21,057 bases of DNA from Candidatus Sigynarchaeum calidifontis (GTDB taxonomy: Archaea; Asgardarchaeota; Lokiarchaeia; Sigyniarchaeales; Sigyniarchaeaceae): positions 1-21,057 of the forward strand of contig JAUQYZ020000215.1 of assembly GCA_030587475.2 (NCBI GenBank), written 5' to 3'. Under the pieces are notes generated by a model. That model was not told the DNA's origin and ran no database searches. It was given only the letters and a program-made list of their open reading frames with translations. Position 1 is the first letter of the stretch. Every line of letters starts with the position of its first letter. Both the position numbers and the translations under genes were made by a program. Positions 1-8,795 of the stretch are shown piece by piece.

Positions 1-769
1 CCGGGATCTGCACCGGTGCCGCCGGCGGTTTGGGAGGAGCGGCCGGCGGAACCGGGATGCCGGGAGGCGAGGGAACGCCTGCCGGTGACTTCTGTGACTT
101 TGCTGGAACCGCAGATGGTGTAACTGGTGGCGTAACCGGTGCAGCTGGTTTGGGAATGACCGGAGCGACAGGTAATGGCATCGACGGGACAGGTGCTGGA
201 ATGTTGGGCACCGCATCGGGATGCTGCTGTGCCGGTTTCCCCGGGGGTTCAGGCGGGGGAGACGAGAACTCCGCGAAGGCCGATAGGTCGGGCACGACCG
301 GGACTGGCGCTGTATCAGGCCGAGCGGGAACGCCACCTGACGGGGCTGCCGGAATGCCAGGTGATGAAGGGATTTTGCTAGCCAAGGATGGAGCCATGGC
401 GGGTGGATGCGGAATGTCACCGGCCGGGGCCGGGATACTATCGGGCTGGGTCGCTGCATTTTTATCCGCCTTGCCAGCTTTCTTGTCCGCTTTACCACCC
501 TTTTTTCCGCTGGGAGACGCCGATGCATCGATCATGGACGGGATCATCACAGCTGCACCCATTTCCAGGTCCTTGATGCGGGCGGTCAGCTCCGCCACTT
601 GCCGCTTTAAATCGCTATTCTCTTCCATGACCCGCATCGATTCTTCCATGTTCGCTGCTTCGAGCTGTTGCCAGAGTGCTGCGATTTCCGCGTCCTTCTG
701 GACGATTTGTGCCTCGAGTTCCTTTATCTTGGCCAATGCAGCCTCCAGGTCTTGTGGCGTGTCACTCAT
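1..769 (-). CDS. Hypothetical protein: N-terminal coiled coil followed by a long Pro/Ala-rich disordered region (partial, C-terminus runs off the window)
   Basis: Not in the ORF track because its stop lies outside the window. Manual minus-strand translation from ATG 769 is open to position 2: MSDTPQDLEAALAKIKELEAQIVQKDAEIAALWQQLEAANMEESMRVMEENSDLKRQVAELTARIKDLEMG...GKKGGKADKKAGKADK...PVPVVPDLSAFAEFSSPPPEPPGKP...PPAAPPKPPAAPVQIP. The Gly-rich + ORF 30..821 is its antisense shadow. Confidence 0.85.
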   Translation of the reverse strand, partial: MSDTPQDLEAALAKIKELEAQIVQKDAEIAALWQQLEAANMEESMRVMEENSDLKRQVAELTARIKDLEMGAAVMIPSMIDASASPSGKKGGKADKKAGKADKNAATQPDSIPAPAGDIPHPPAMAPSLASKIPSSPGIPAAPSGGVPARPDTAPVPVVPDLSAFAEFSSPPPEPPGKPAQQHPDAVPNIPAPVPSMPLPVAPVIPKPAAPVTPPVTPSAVPAKSQKSPAGVPSPPGIPVPPAAPPKPPAAPVQIP

Positions 770-813
770 GATGATTCCCACTTCTTCATATCGGAATGAC
801 TATCACCGCGTTG

Positions 814-836
814 GAAAATAAGGTTTTTTTATATAA
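814..836. promoter_or_regulatory. Putative archaeal TATA box in divergent intergenic region
   Basis: TTTATATAA at 828-836, preceded by purine-rich GAAAATAAGG, about 25-35 nt upstream of ATG 853/862. It lies between divergent genes. Confidence 0.5.
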
Positions 837-852
837 CTCCATCTTATGATTC

Positions 853-1182
853 ATGACCCCCATGGACGTCATCATTAGGTTATACGCCGAGCTCCGAAAG
901 ATCTTCGGTCGAAAGGAAATACGATTGCCGTTAGACCGTGATCACGTCACGGTCGGACAAGTCATAGATAACTTGCTTGCAACCAGCTCGAACAGAGATG
1001 AAATGGCAAGACTGATTTTCACGAGCCCGATCCGGGCCCCTTACAATGTCGAGCACAACACCATCAACCCGACCTTGATCCTCATGGTCAACGATGTCGA
1101 TGCACGCCTCACCGAAGGAACCAGCACGATACTCTCGGACGGCGATGTCCTAACGCTACTCCCGACGGTACACGGGGGTTAG
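853..1182 (+). CDS. Ubiquitin-like beta-grasp protein, MoaD/ThiS/SAMP family, Urm1-like
   Basis: N-terminal strand IRLYAELRKIFG, then ILMVNDVD...TILSDGDVLTLLPTVHGG with a free C-terminal di-Gly. The HGG end and VND-x-D motif resemble Urm1. Start may be 862. Confidence 0.9.
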   Translation: MTPMDVIIRLYAELRKIFGRKEIRLPLDRDHVTVGQVIDNLLATSSNRDEMARLIFTSPIRAPYNVEHNTINPTLILMVNDVDARLTEGTSTILSDGDVLTLLPTVHGG

Positions 1183-2675
1183 GTGGCAGCGACCGTTTTT
1201 TCGCGCTGGGCAATGCGATCGAGGGACTTGCGGCGCTCGTTCAGCGCCCACAGCGCCTTCACGGCGCGGTGGGGCATCTCGAAGACCGGGAAGCCTAGAT
1301 CTTGCAAGACCACGACGGCTCCGTCCTCGCGGCCGGCCAAGGCAACACCTATAACCGGCTTGTTGAACATGCGGGGAAGCTTCGCGTAGTACTCAAGCAA
1401 TGCGGTTTGCATGATCCGGATATCATCAACGGGGATCTTGATGAGCGGGTGTTGCTTCTCGAGCATCGCGTAGAACGTCCACCCGAAGATACCGTAGACG
1501 AGCATCGCGTCGAACTCGTCGGACTTGAGCAGCGTTCTAGGCAGCGTGCGGTACATCAGCTCGGGGTTGACATCGAAGGTCAAGTCGACGATGTTGCGCA
1601 CTTGCGCGGTCGGGATCTGGATCTTTTCCCGCAGTTTCTGTTGAAACTCGGGCGAGAACACGGGCATTTTCATACCGAGCCGTTCGACCGCGTCGCTCAT
1701 GTTCACCCCGGGCCCGCCAGCGTTCGTGAGAATGCAAACCCGATCACCTTTGGGAACCGGCGAGACGTCGAGGATGTGGCAATAATCGAGCAGCTCCTCG
1801 AGATCCATGGCCCGGATGATGCCAGCTTGCTTGCATACCGCGTTAAAGACCCGATCGTTGCCCCCGATGGCACCCGTGTGTGACTTGCCCGCCCTGGCAC
1901 CGGCCTCCGTCCCGCCGACGTAAATGGCGACGATCGGTTTTGTCTTCGTGATCCTCGTTGCCACCTTCAAGAACTCGCGCCCGCGCTTGATCTCCTCGAT
2001 GTACAAGCCGATGACCCGGGTCGTAGGGTCGTTTTCCAGGTATTCGAGGCAGTCCACCAGGTCGATGCTTGCCTCGTTACCCACGCTGATGGTCTTGTTG
2101 ATGCCCATGTTGGATTTCTGCATCGTGATGAAGATGTGGCACGCGAACGTGCCAGATTGGCTCGCGATCGAAACGCCACCATTCCGGGGATTGATGGGGA
2201 TCCACGTCGTGTTGATTGCTTTTTTGTCTCGCTCCGCTGGATCTACCCACGAGATGTTGCGGTTGTAGAAACCGATACAATTCGGGCCGATGAATCGTAT
2301 TCCGTGTTTCCGCGTCACCTCGATCAAGGCATCGTTCGCGGCTTTGTTTTCGATCTCCCTGAATCCCGCGGATATCACAACGGCGTGCTTGATCCCTCGT
2401 TGGCCACACTCGTCAAGCACGGCGGGGATGTGCCTCGCAGGGATGACGATAAAAGCAAGGTCGATGGTCTCGCTCGTGGGGATATCTTTCACGCTTTTGT
2501 AGGCTTTAAGTCCCATCACGGTGTCTAGGGTTGGATGAACCGGGAATATCCTACCGGGATACCCCGCGGCGAGGATATCGACGAGCTGGGTCGTCCCCAT
2601 CGTGGTAACGCTGTTATTGGCGCCAAAAAACACGATGCCACGGGGGTTGAGGATGGTCTCGAGCGGGCTTGCCAT
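1179..2675 (-). CDS. acdA: Acetate/acyl-CoA ligase (ADP-forming) alpha subunit family
   Basis: CoA-binding domain (NPRGIVFFGA, DLAFIVIP, ISAGFRE, IGPNCIG), SQSG, SVGNEA, phospho-His motif SHTGAIGG and TNAGGPG. No ATP-grasp beta domain. Start placed at MASPLE (2675); the ORF track extends it to 2771. Confidence 0.88.
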   Translation of the reverse strand: MASPLETILNPRGIVFFGANNSVTTMGTTQLVDILAAGYPGRIFPVHPTLDTVMGLKAYKSVKDIPTSETIDLAFIVIPARHIPAVLDECGQRGIKHAVVISAGFREIENKAANDALIEVTRKHGIRFIGPNCIGFYNRNISWVDPAERDKKAINTTWIPINPRNGGVSIASQSGTFACHIFITMQKSNMGINKTISVGNEASIDLVDCLEYLENDPTTRVIGLYIEEIKRGREFLKVATRITKTKPIVAIYVGGTEAGARAGKSHTGAIGGNDRVFNAVCKQAGIIRAMDLEELLDYCHILDVSPVPKGDRVCILTNAGGPGVNMSDAVERLGMKMPVFSPEFQQKLREKIQIPTAQVRNIVDLTFDVNPELMYRTLPRTLLKSDEFDAMLVYGIFGWTFYAMLEKQHPLIKIPVDDIRIMQTALLEYYAKLPRMFNKPVIGVALAGREDGAVVVLQDLGFPVFEMPHRAVKALWALNERRKSLDRIAQREKTVAAT

Positions 2676-2794
2676 GGGGGAATTCGTGAATGAACCGATT
2701 TGAATCTGCTCGAATGAGGCCACTGTGTGCGTCCTTCTGTTTCGTAAGCTGTTCCTCGATAGAACGCGCATGAATAATGAAAAAGAAGATAATA

Positions 2795-3274
2795 TTAACC
2801 CGTAATAACGATTGAATTGATCTTGTCGCCTTGCTTGATGGCGTTCACGACTGCTTGATCTTGCGGGCCCATGACCTCGCCGAAGATCGTGTGCTTGTTG
2901 TTCAAGTGCGGCGTGGGCACGTGCGTGATGAAGAATTGCGAACCATTCGTTGCCGGACCCGCGTTCGCCATTGCCAAGATGCCGGGCTTGTTGAACGTCC
3001 GCCCCGACCCGAACTCGTCGTCATAAGGATACGGAACCATTTGGCCCCTGAAAGGGAACGCCTTTATCCCGACACGCTCGGGACCACCTGTCCCGTTCCC
3101 GAGAGGATCGCCGCCTTGGATCATGAAATTAGCGATCACGCGGTGAAACTTCAAGCCGTTGTAGAAACCCTTGTTCACGAGGAATAAGAAGCTCGCGACG
3201 GTCATCGGAGCGTCGTCATCGAATAGCCTGACGTTGATATTCCCCTTCGTCGTCTGAAATTGCACGTTGGTCAT
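2795..3274 (-). CDS. Cyclophilin-type peptidyl-prolyl cis-trans isomerase
   Basis: FYNGLKFHRVIANFMIQGGDP, LAMANAGPATNGSQFFIT and KHTIFGEV motifs. Confidence 0.96.
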   Translation of the reverse strand: MTNVQFQTTKGNINVRLFDDDAPMTVASFLFLVNKGFYNGLKFHRVIANFMIQGGDPLGNGTGGPERVGIKAFPFRGQMVPYPYDDEFGSGRTFNKPGILAMANAGPATNGSQFFITHVPTPHLNNKHTIFGEVMGPQDQAVVNAIKQGDKINSIVITG

Positions 3275-3299
3275 GTTGTCTGCACCATTCTTGTTTTAT

Positions 3300-3752
3300 T
3301 CAAGTCAATAGTTCCTTGCCATTCATTACCCCGGACAATTCCCGCTCGAGCACGGTCTCGTCGACGCGTTCCTTGTACTTGGTCTTCAAGGACAGCGTGT
3401 GCTTGCCCGCGCCGAGGCCGCCGGCTTGCGGGAAGTAGAGGAACATGTGGCCTCCCACGGGCAGTGAAAGACCTCCGAGATCCGTGATGTTAGACAAGGT
3501 GATCTTCTTACCAAGCACGAAGATGGCACCTTTTTTGACGTCCAACGCGTTCCCATCGACCTTAACCTCGGCATCGAATAGTTGTTTCTTGAGATCCTCG
3601 ACGTCGAAGTTTTTCTCGATCTGCATTGGCGCCATGACGTTCACGTACTTGAGCGCAAAGCCATCGATTTTCCCAGCCCCGTCCATATCGACATTCTTCA
3701 GCGCGTCCATGGGAACCATTCGCTTGATGATATACTTGGGCACGTAAGACAT
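3300..3752 (-). CDS. Hypothetical protein, predicted beta-rich domain
   Basis: Clean ORF from MSYVPKYIIKRM (ATG 3752, preceded by GGAAGTGA). The longer ORF-track start overlaps the upstream gene and is unlikely. Confidence 0.75.
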   Translation of the reverse strand: MSYVPKYIIKRMVPMDALKNVDMDGAGKIDGFALKYVNVMAPMQIEKNFDVEDLKKQLFDAEVKVDGNALDVKKGAIFVLGKKITLSNITDLGGLSLPVGGHMFLYFPQAGGLGAGKHTLSLKTKYKERVDETVLERELSGVMNGKELLT

Positions 3753-3825
3753 CCGAATCACTTCCCGTGTTGATGGTTGCCCGTTGGCCCCCGTCCATAA
3801 ATGCCTATTGATCGGCTTTCCGGCA

Positions 3826-4398
3826 TCACGGCGCCCGCTCGACGAGGAGGAGACGCAGCCGGGTGAACACGTCCGCAAGTTTCGGGCTTGCCGTGCCGGC
3901 TTCTGCCAGCGCGTCGAGGTTCGCCTCGATGCGGGCGATCACGTCCTTGTTGCTCGCTTCCCGCTCGCTAAGCCCGGACACGAGATTGAACAGCGTGGGC
4001 AATGACCCGGCCCCGTCCAGCTCGACGAGCATATCGATCGACTCGAGCCGGAAGCGGAATGACGGGATGTTGATGCCCTGGCGTAGCAAATCCATGACCC
4101 CCGGCACTTTCCCGCCGGTGAACGCATTCTGGAAGAAAAATTTGAATAAGTACTCTTGATCGCCAAGAAAGTGTTCGAATTGCTTCACCATGCCCTGCCC
4201 ACCGAGCTGTTCTTGCAAGAAGAAGTTTCGTATGCCAGGCTTGAACAATGCTTTTGTTGCCCACGCGGAACTCTTCATCTCGGCTTCCAGGTTTTTCAAG
4301 ATGTCAGCTTTCTCGGCCTGGCTCATCGAAGCAATGTTTCTCCGTATGGCCTTGAACTTTTCCGGATCTTCAAGAAAGTCAAGTTTTTCAGATTTCAC
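3826..4398 (-). CDS. Hypothetical protein, predicted helical
   Basis: 190-aa ORF with a GTG start overlapping the EamA stop (GTGA coupling) and typical amino-acid composition. No recognisable motif. Confidence 0.7.
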   Translation of the reverse strand: MKSEKLDFLEDPEKFKAIRRNIASMSQAEKADILKNLEAEMKSSAWATKALFKPGIRNFFLQEQLGGQGMVKQFEHFLGDQEYLFKFFFQNAFTGGKVPGVMDLLRQGINIPSFRFRLESIDMLVELDGAGSLPTLFNLVSGLSEREASNKDVIARIEANLDALAEAGTASPKLADVFTRLRLLLVERAP

Positions 4399-5375
4399 GG
4401 CGTCGCCTCACCACCAAGCAACTTGGTCGCTGCCGCTGGAGAAGGAATTATCTTCCGGGAGTCATATTGTGCCATCGTTACTCCCAAGAAGCACAACACC
4501 ATTCCGATGGCCGAAAACCAGCTGAGCTGTTCCCCGAGAACGGGAATCAAGAAGGTCAGGATCCCGGCGAATATCGGCTCCATGTACACGAACACGACGA
4601 CTCGAGACGAGTCGATTTCCTTGAGACCCGAAAACCAGAGCACGTAAGTCACGCCCACGCACGCGATGCCGAGCCACGCGATCCCGATCCATTCCCCGGC
4701 GCCGAGCAGCGGGAGGTTCTCAAGGCCGCCGGGGATGAGCGCACCGAACGGGAGCAAGACGATCGAGGCAATCATGACGATGATCGTGTTGAACACGATG
4801 GGATCGTTACCCTCCTTGGCAGAAATGGGCTTGGAAAACGCCGTGAAACAACCCCATAGCACGACGCACCCGATCGTCATCAGGTCGCTCCAGATGGTCT
4901 CGGCCAGTGAAAAGCCATCTGGCTTGAAATTGATGAGCACGGCACCCGTGAAGGCCACCATCGCGCCTATGATGACGTATCGAGAAGCGTTCTTCTTGAA
5001 ATAGAGCTTGTTGATGCCGACGACAAAAAATGCTTGCAAGTTGAGCAGCACCGCCTGGTTGAACGTCGATGACCGCCCGGGAATCCACGGCGACAACGCC
5101 GAGTACTGCAAGATGTACGCGAACGCGAAGAACGCGATCCCGATGACGAGCATCCACTTCACGTTGGCCTTGAACATCGGCACGACTTTCCCGATCTTCC
5201 GCGTCGCCACGAGGTATACCAGGAGGGCGCCGAGCGCAAAAAACATGCGCAGCGTTATCAGCGCGAACACGTTGATCGTCGCCAGCAATATCTTGCTAAT
5301 TGCAAACGTCGTGCCCCAGAGATTCGCTGCCAGGGCGAGCTTCAAGTACGTGGCGATGCGTGGCACGAGATGCAA
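4395..5375 (-). CDS. EamA/DMT family transporter
   Basis: About 10 hydrophobic segments. LWGTTFAISK, LRM, YVLWFSGLKEI and YMEPIFA...LGEQL are typical of a double EamA repeat. Start uncertain (TTG 5375 or GTG 5366). Confidence 0.9.
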   Translation of the reverse strand: MHLVPRIATYLKLALAANLWGTTFAISKILLATINVFALITLRMFFALGALLVYLVATRKIGKVVPMFKANVKWMLVIGIAFFAFAYILQYSALSPWIPGRSSTFNQAVLLNLQAFFVVGINKLYFKKNASRYVIIGAMVAFTGAVLINFKPDGFSLAETIWSDLMTIGCVVLWGCFTAFSKPISAKEGNDPIVFNTIIVMIASIVLLPFGALIPGGLENLPLLGAGEWIGIAWLGIACVGVTYVLWFSGLKEIDSSRVVVFVYMEPIFAGILTFLIPVLGEQLSWFSAIGMVLCFLGVTMAQYDSRKIIPSPAAATKLLGGEATP

Positions 5376-5470
5376 GCATGGCGTGATCTATTAAAGAAAT
5401 CACGTCAATGCCGCGTCGCAAATTTTAATTAAGTCATGGCGCCTTGATACCATGTTCGAGGTCGGTTTGC

Positions 5471-6361
5471 ATGGCGATGGCCAAGATCACGGCAAAAAAG
5501 CTGGTAGAAAAGAAGCAAAAGGGTCAAAAAATCGTCACGATCACGTCTTATGACTACACGTTTGCGAAGATCGTCGACGAAAGCAAGATCGACTTGATCT
5601 TGGTTGGTGATTCACTTTCAATGGTCATGCTAGGCCACAAGACCACCCTGGCAGTCACGATGGATGAAATGATCCACCACACGCGTGCTGTCGCCCGTGG
5701 CGTTACTAACGCGATGATCGTCGGGGACATGCCCTTTCTATCATACAAGGTCGACCTCAAGGATGCGGTCTACAACGCGGGGCGATTCATCCAGGCGGGC
5801 GCCGAGGCAGTCAAGATCGAGGGCGGGACGGAGATCCTCCCGATCGTCGATGCCCTTATCCGCGCCGACATTCAAGTCATGGGCCACATCGGCCTCACGC
5901 CGCAAGCCGTGTATAAATTCGGCGGAAACCTCGTTCAGGGGAAAACCGTGGAAGCTGCCAAGAAGCTCGTTCTCGATGCAAAGAACCTCGAGAAGGCTGG
6001 CTGTTTTTCCATCGTGCTCGAGAGCATCCCGTGGCAAGTCGCCAAGCTCATCACGAAATCGGTCAGCGTCCCCACCATCGGCATCGGTGCTGGTCCATAT
6101 TGCGACGGCCAGATCCTCGTCATCCACGACATGCTCGGCATCTACACGGACTTCAAGCCCAAGTTCCTGAAACATTTCGGCAACATCGGCGAGGAGATCC
6201 GGAAGGCAGTCGGCGCTTACAAGGACGAGGTAGAGAAGGGAACGTATCCAGACCTGGAGCATGCTTACGAGTTCCCCAAGGATGATCTCGACAAGTTCCA
6301 GGCGTGGTATGACTCGGCGGACCTCGACAAGGAGGCCGAGAAGGCAAAGACCAAGAAATAG
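5471..6361 (+). CDS. panB: 3-methyl-2-oxobutanoate hydroxymethyltransferase (ketopantoate hydroxymethyltransferase)
   Basis: ITSYDY, LVGDSLSMVMLG, GDMPFLSY, AVKIEGG, GHIGLTPQ and PTIGIGAGPYCDGQILV. Start at 5471 or 5477. Confidence 0.97.
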   Translation: MAMAKITAKKLVEKKQKGQKIVTITSYDYTFAKIVDESKIDLILVGDSLSMVMLGHKTTLAVTMDEMIHHTRAVARGVTNAMIVGDMPFLSYKVDLKDAVYNAGRFIQAGAEAVKIEGGTEILPIVDALIRADIQVMGHIGLTPQAVYKFGGNLVQGKTVEAAKKLVLDAKNLEKAGCFSIVLESIPWQVAKLITKSVSVPTIGIGAGPYCDGQILVIHDMLGIYTDFKPKFLKHFGNIGEEIRKAVGAYKDEVEKGTYPDLEHAYEFPKDDLDKFQAWYDSADLDKEAEKAKTKK

Positions 6362-6379
6362 GAAGGCAATTTCGCTTGT

Positions 6380-6820
6380 TCACGAGACGCCCGTGACCTT
6401 GAAGTGCTCGTCAAAGAAGCGCAGGTATTCCGACGGGAAAACGACCTTGGGATCTTCTTTCTCTTTCACCTTGACGCTCGTGAAGATGAGGCCGAGCGTG
6501 CTGAGCTTGTTGACGCATGCCGCGAAACTATTCGCCGCCCGCATGTTTTGTTGCAAGAACTTGGCGAACTCGGCTTGTGACATGCCGTCATATCGCAGCT
6601 TTTTCTGGGCGAGGAACAGCTTGATGACCGACGTGTCCTTGACATCGAAGTCCTTGACGATCTTGTCCAGCCTTCGCTGCGAGGCGAGCTCCTTGGAGAG
6701 CGCATCAATGATCTCTGGGCGGGTCTTGCTCGCCATGTGCGGGAGCCAGGGAAATTGCTTGGCGATCTCTAGCAATTGCGCTTTAGTGAGTCCATTCAAG
6801 CATATAGATAGCTTAACCAT
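6380..6820 (-). CDS. Hypothetical protein, possible helix-extension-helix (Rho-N/SAP-like) plus winged-helix
   Basis: LTKAQLLEIAK...SKTRPEIIDAL resembles HeH motifs and VNKLSTLGLIF...VVFP resembles a wHTH recognition helix and wing. Basic protein. Fold assignment is by eye only. Confidence 0.7.
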   Translation of the reverse strand: MVKLSICLNGLTKAQLLEIAKQFPWLPHMASKTRPEIIDALSKELASQRRLDKIVKDFDVKDTSVIKLFLAQKKLRYDGMSQAEFAKFLQQNMRAANSFAACVNKLSTLGLIFTSVKVKEKEDPKVVFPSEYLRFFDEHFKVTGVS

Positions 6821-6877
6821 GGATCGTCAACCGCACTAGAATAGGAAAAAGAAGGTCGTGGACTTGAAAAACGTTTT

Positions 6878-7927
6878 TCACGGTTTCTTGCCACCTTTCG
6901 CGGCTATAGAAGACTTCCATTCCTTATACCATGCCACCGCCTCGTCCAACCCTTGCTCAAGGGTGAATGGCGGCTTGAAGCCAGTCGACAAAAGCTTGTC
7001 CGTCTTGAAATCGATGTCGTTGCGCGGGATGGACACCCGGTACCTGTTTAGGATAGGCCCTTTCTTTGCCTTGAACAATCGTGCGAACCCTTCCATGATG
7101 GATGCGATGAATGCAGCGAGGGCGTAGGGCACGCTCGCCGCCTTGAGCTGGCTCCCGAATCGCTTGCAGATCTCCTCTGCATACTTGCGATGCGTCCAGG
7201 AAGCGTCCGTGATCACGTAAGCCTCGCCGGCCGCCGCCGGGTATGCTCCCACGTGGGCCATGCCCGCTGCGAGGTTCTTGACGTTCACCAGGGAGATCAA
7301 CTTCTTCCCGCCGGCCATGAACGCGTACCGTCCCTTCTCCAGCTGGGCTGCCAGCTGCGCAAAGGTCGTGGCACTGCGCGGTCCGATAATATCGAAACCC
7401 GGTCTCACGATCACGACCTCCAGCTTGCCAGACTTGATGACATCCTGGAGAAATGCTTCGGCCTCCGCCTTCGCAACGGCATAGGGGAAGAACGGGACGG
7501 GCTTGATGGGCGCCGTCTCGTCTGCGCGGACGTGTCCGCCCAGGCCGTGCACGACCAGCGAGCTCATGTACACCAGCCGCTTCACGCCTGTCTTGATGGC
7601 CGCTTCGACCACGTTCTTCGTCCCGCCGACGATGACACGCATGTACAATTCTTTAGGCGCCCAGTCGGTCACGAGGGCGGCAAGGTGGTAAATCGTGTTG
7701 ATGCCTTCGAATGCCTTTTCAAGCGATGCCGGGTCCATAAGATCCGCGTACACGATCGAGAACTTCGGTGATTTTTTCGCGTCGGCGAGGTTCGATTCGT
7801 CGGTTCCCTTGAGAACCATGGCGACCACCTTGTCGTCCTTGCCCTCGAGCAGCCGGTCGACCAGATGACTGCCAATATACCCGTTCGCGCCCGTCACGAG
7901 GCTTGCCGTTCCCATTGTTTCGTCCAT
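6878..7927 (-). CDS. NAD-dependent epimerase/dehydratase (extended SDR, 3-beta-HSD-like)
   Basis: TGANGYIG Rossmann motif, IYHLAA, YMSS, catalytic YAVAK and VRPG. Confidence 0.92.
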   Translation of the reverse strand: MDETMGTASLVTGANGYIGSHLVDRLLEGKDDKVVAMVLKGTDESNLADAKKSPKFSIVYADLMDPASLEKAFEGINTIYHLAALVTDWAPKELYMRVIVGGTKNVVEAAIKTGVKRLVYMSSLVVHGLGGHVRADETAPIKPVPFFPYAVAKAEAEAFLQDVIKSGKLEVVIVRPGFDIIGPRSATTFAQLAAQLEKGRYAFMAGGKKLISLVNVKNLAAGMAHVGAYPAAAGEAYVITDASWTHRKYAEEICKRFGSQLKAASVPYALAAFIASIMEGFARLFKAKKGPILNRYRVSIPRNDIDFKTDKLLSTGFKPPFTLEQGLDEAVAWYKEWKSSIAAKGGKKP

Positions 7928-7939
7928 CTCCTGAAATCA

Positions 7940-8704
7940 TTAGTAGAAACCTTGCAACACGAGCATGCACATGATGTTCGTCATGATTCCCGTGGCCACG
8001 TGGGCGATCAACACGTAGCGGATCGAGCTGGTCTTGAGCACGACGATACCGAAGATGATGCCAACCACCAGGGCGGAAACAAGCTCGGTCGTGGGCACGT
8101 CCCAATGCACCGCGGTCGTGATGGCCGTCGTGTAGAGTACTGCCCAACTGGTGCGGACCTTCCCCTTTTCCACGAGCGGGATCATCGAAATCCCGCGAAA
8201 GAAGAGCTCGTACGGGATGTAATACAAGACGACATACATGGCTTCTATGACGATGACACCCCCGATGTTGAACCCCGCATATCCGGGAGCGTTAGGATCG
8301 ACGAACACGCGTTCCATCGGGTAGAACGCGACCATCGTCGGGTCCCCTGCCGCGACGAAACCCGACGCGATTGCCACGCCAAGCCCGATCACCAGCAAGA
8401 TGATGCCGAGCTTGACGTTCCCCCATCGCCACCCGAGTTCGCTTACCTTCAGACCCCACCGTCTCGTCGACAAGTACCAGGGCACGAGGAAGAGCAAGCA
8501 AAACACGAGGCAATACCGGTAAACAGGCCAGGCGAGTGCAATTTGCCAAGCATCGAGCGTGGCACCGAAGCACGCGATGAAAAACCACTTGAACCCGACA
8601 AGCAAGTATATACAAGTGAGCAACAAGGATAACAAAAACACCTTTCGTGCCAGGGCAAGGTCCTCCGGCGCGGCCTGGCTTGAGAACAAGACAGTTCCAG
8701 CCAT
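7940..8704 (-). CDS. CPBP (Rce1/Abi, CAAX protease-like) intramembrane glutamic protease family protein
   Basis: Multiple TM segments, ELGWRWG, YELFFRG (motif 1), AVHW (motif 2), KTSSIRYVLIAH (motif 4). Start placed at ATG 8704; a TTG at 8731 is possible. Confidence 0.8.
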   Translation of the reverse strand: MAGTVLFSSQAAPEDLALARKVFLLSLLLTCIYLLVGFKWFFIACFGATLDAWQIALAWPVYRYCLVFCLLFLVPWYLSTRRWGLKVSELGWRWGNVKLGIILLVIGLGVAIASGFVAAGDPTMVAFYPMERVFVDPNAPGYAGFNIGGVIVIEAMYVVLYYIPYELFFRGISMIPLVEKGKVRTSWAVLYTTAITTAVHWDVPTTELVSALVVGIIFGIVVLKTSSIRYVLIAHVATGIMTNIMCMLVLQGFY

Positions 8705-8752
8705 GATCGTCCTTCGCTTTTTCAGCGTCAATGATTAATAATTGTTCCCCCG

Positions 8753-8765
8753 GAAAGCGATTATG
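8753..8765 (+). promoter_or_regulatory. Putative BRE/TATA promoter of the DUF362 gene
   Basis: GAAAGCG-ATTATG starts 43 nt upstream of ATG 8796, the same motif and spacing as upstream of the GRE gene. Confidence 0.4.
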
Positions 8766-8795
8766 TCGCGGACCCCTCAACACGGCTGAACGATC

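Noticed and set aside
30-821. 263-aa Gly-rich + strand ORF
   Set aside because: Antisense shadow of the Pro-rich minus-strand gene (CCN codons read as GGN).
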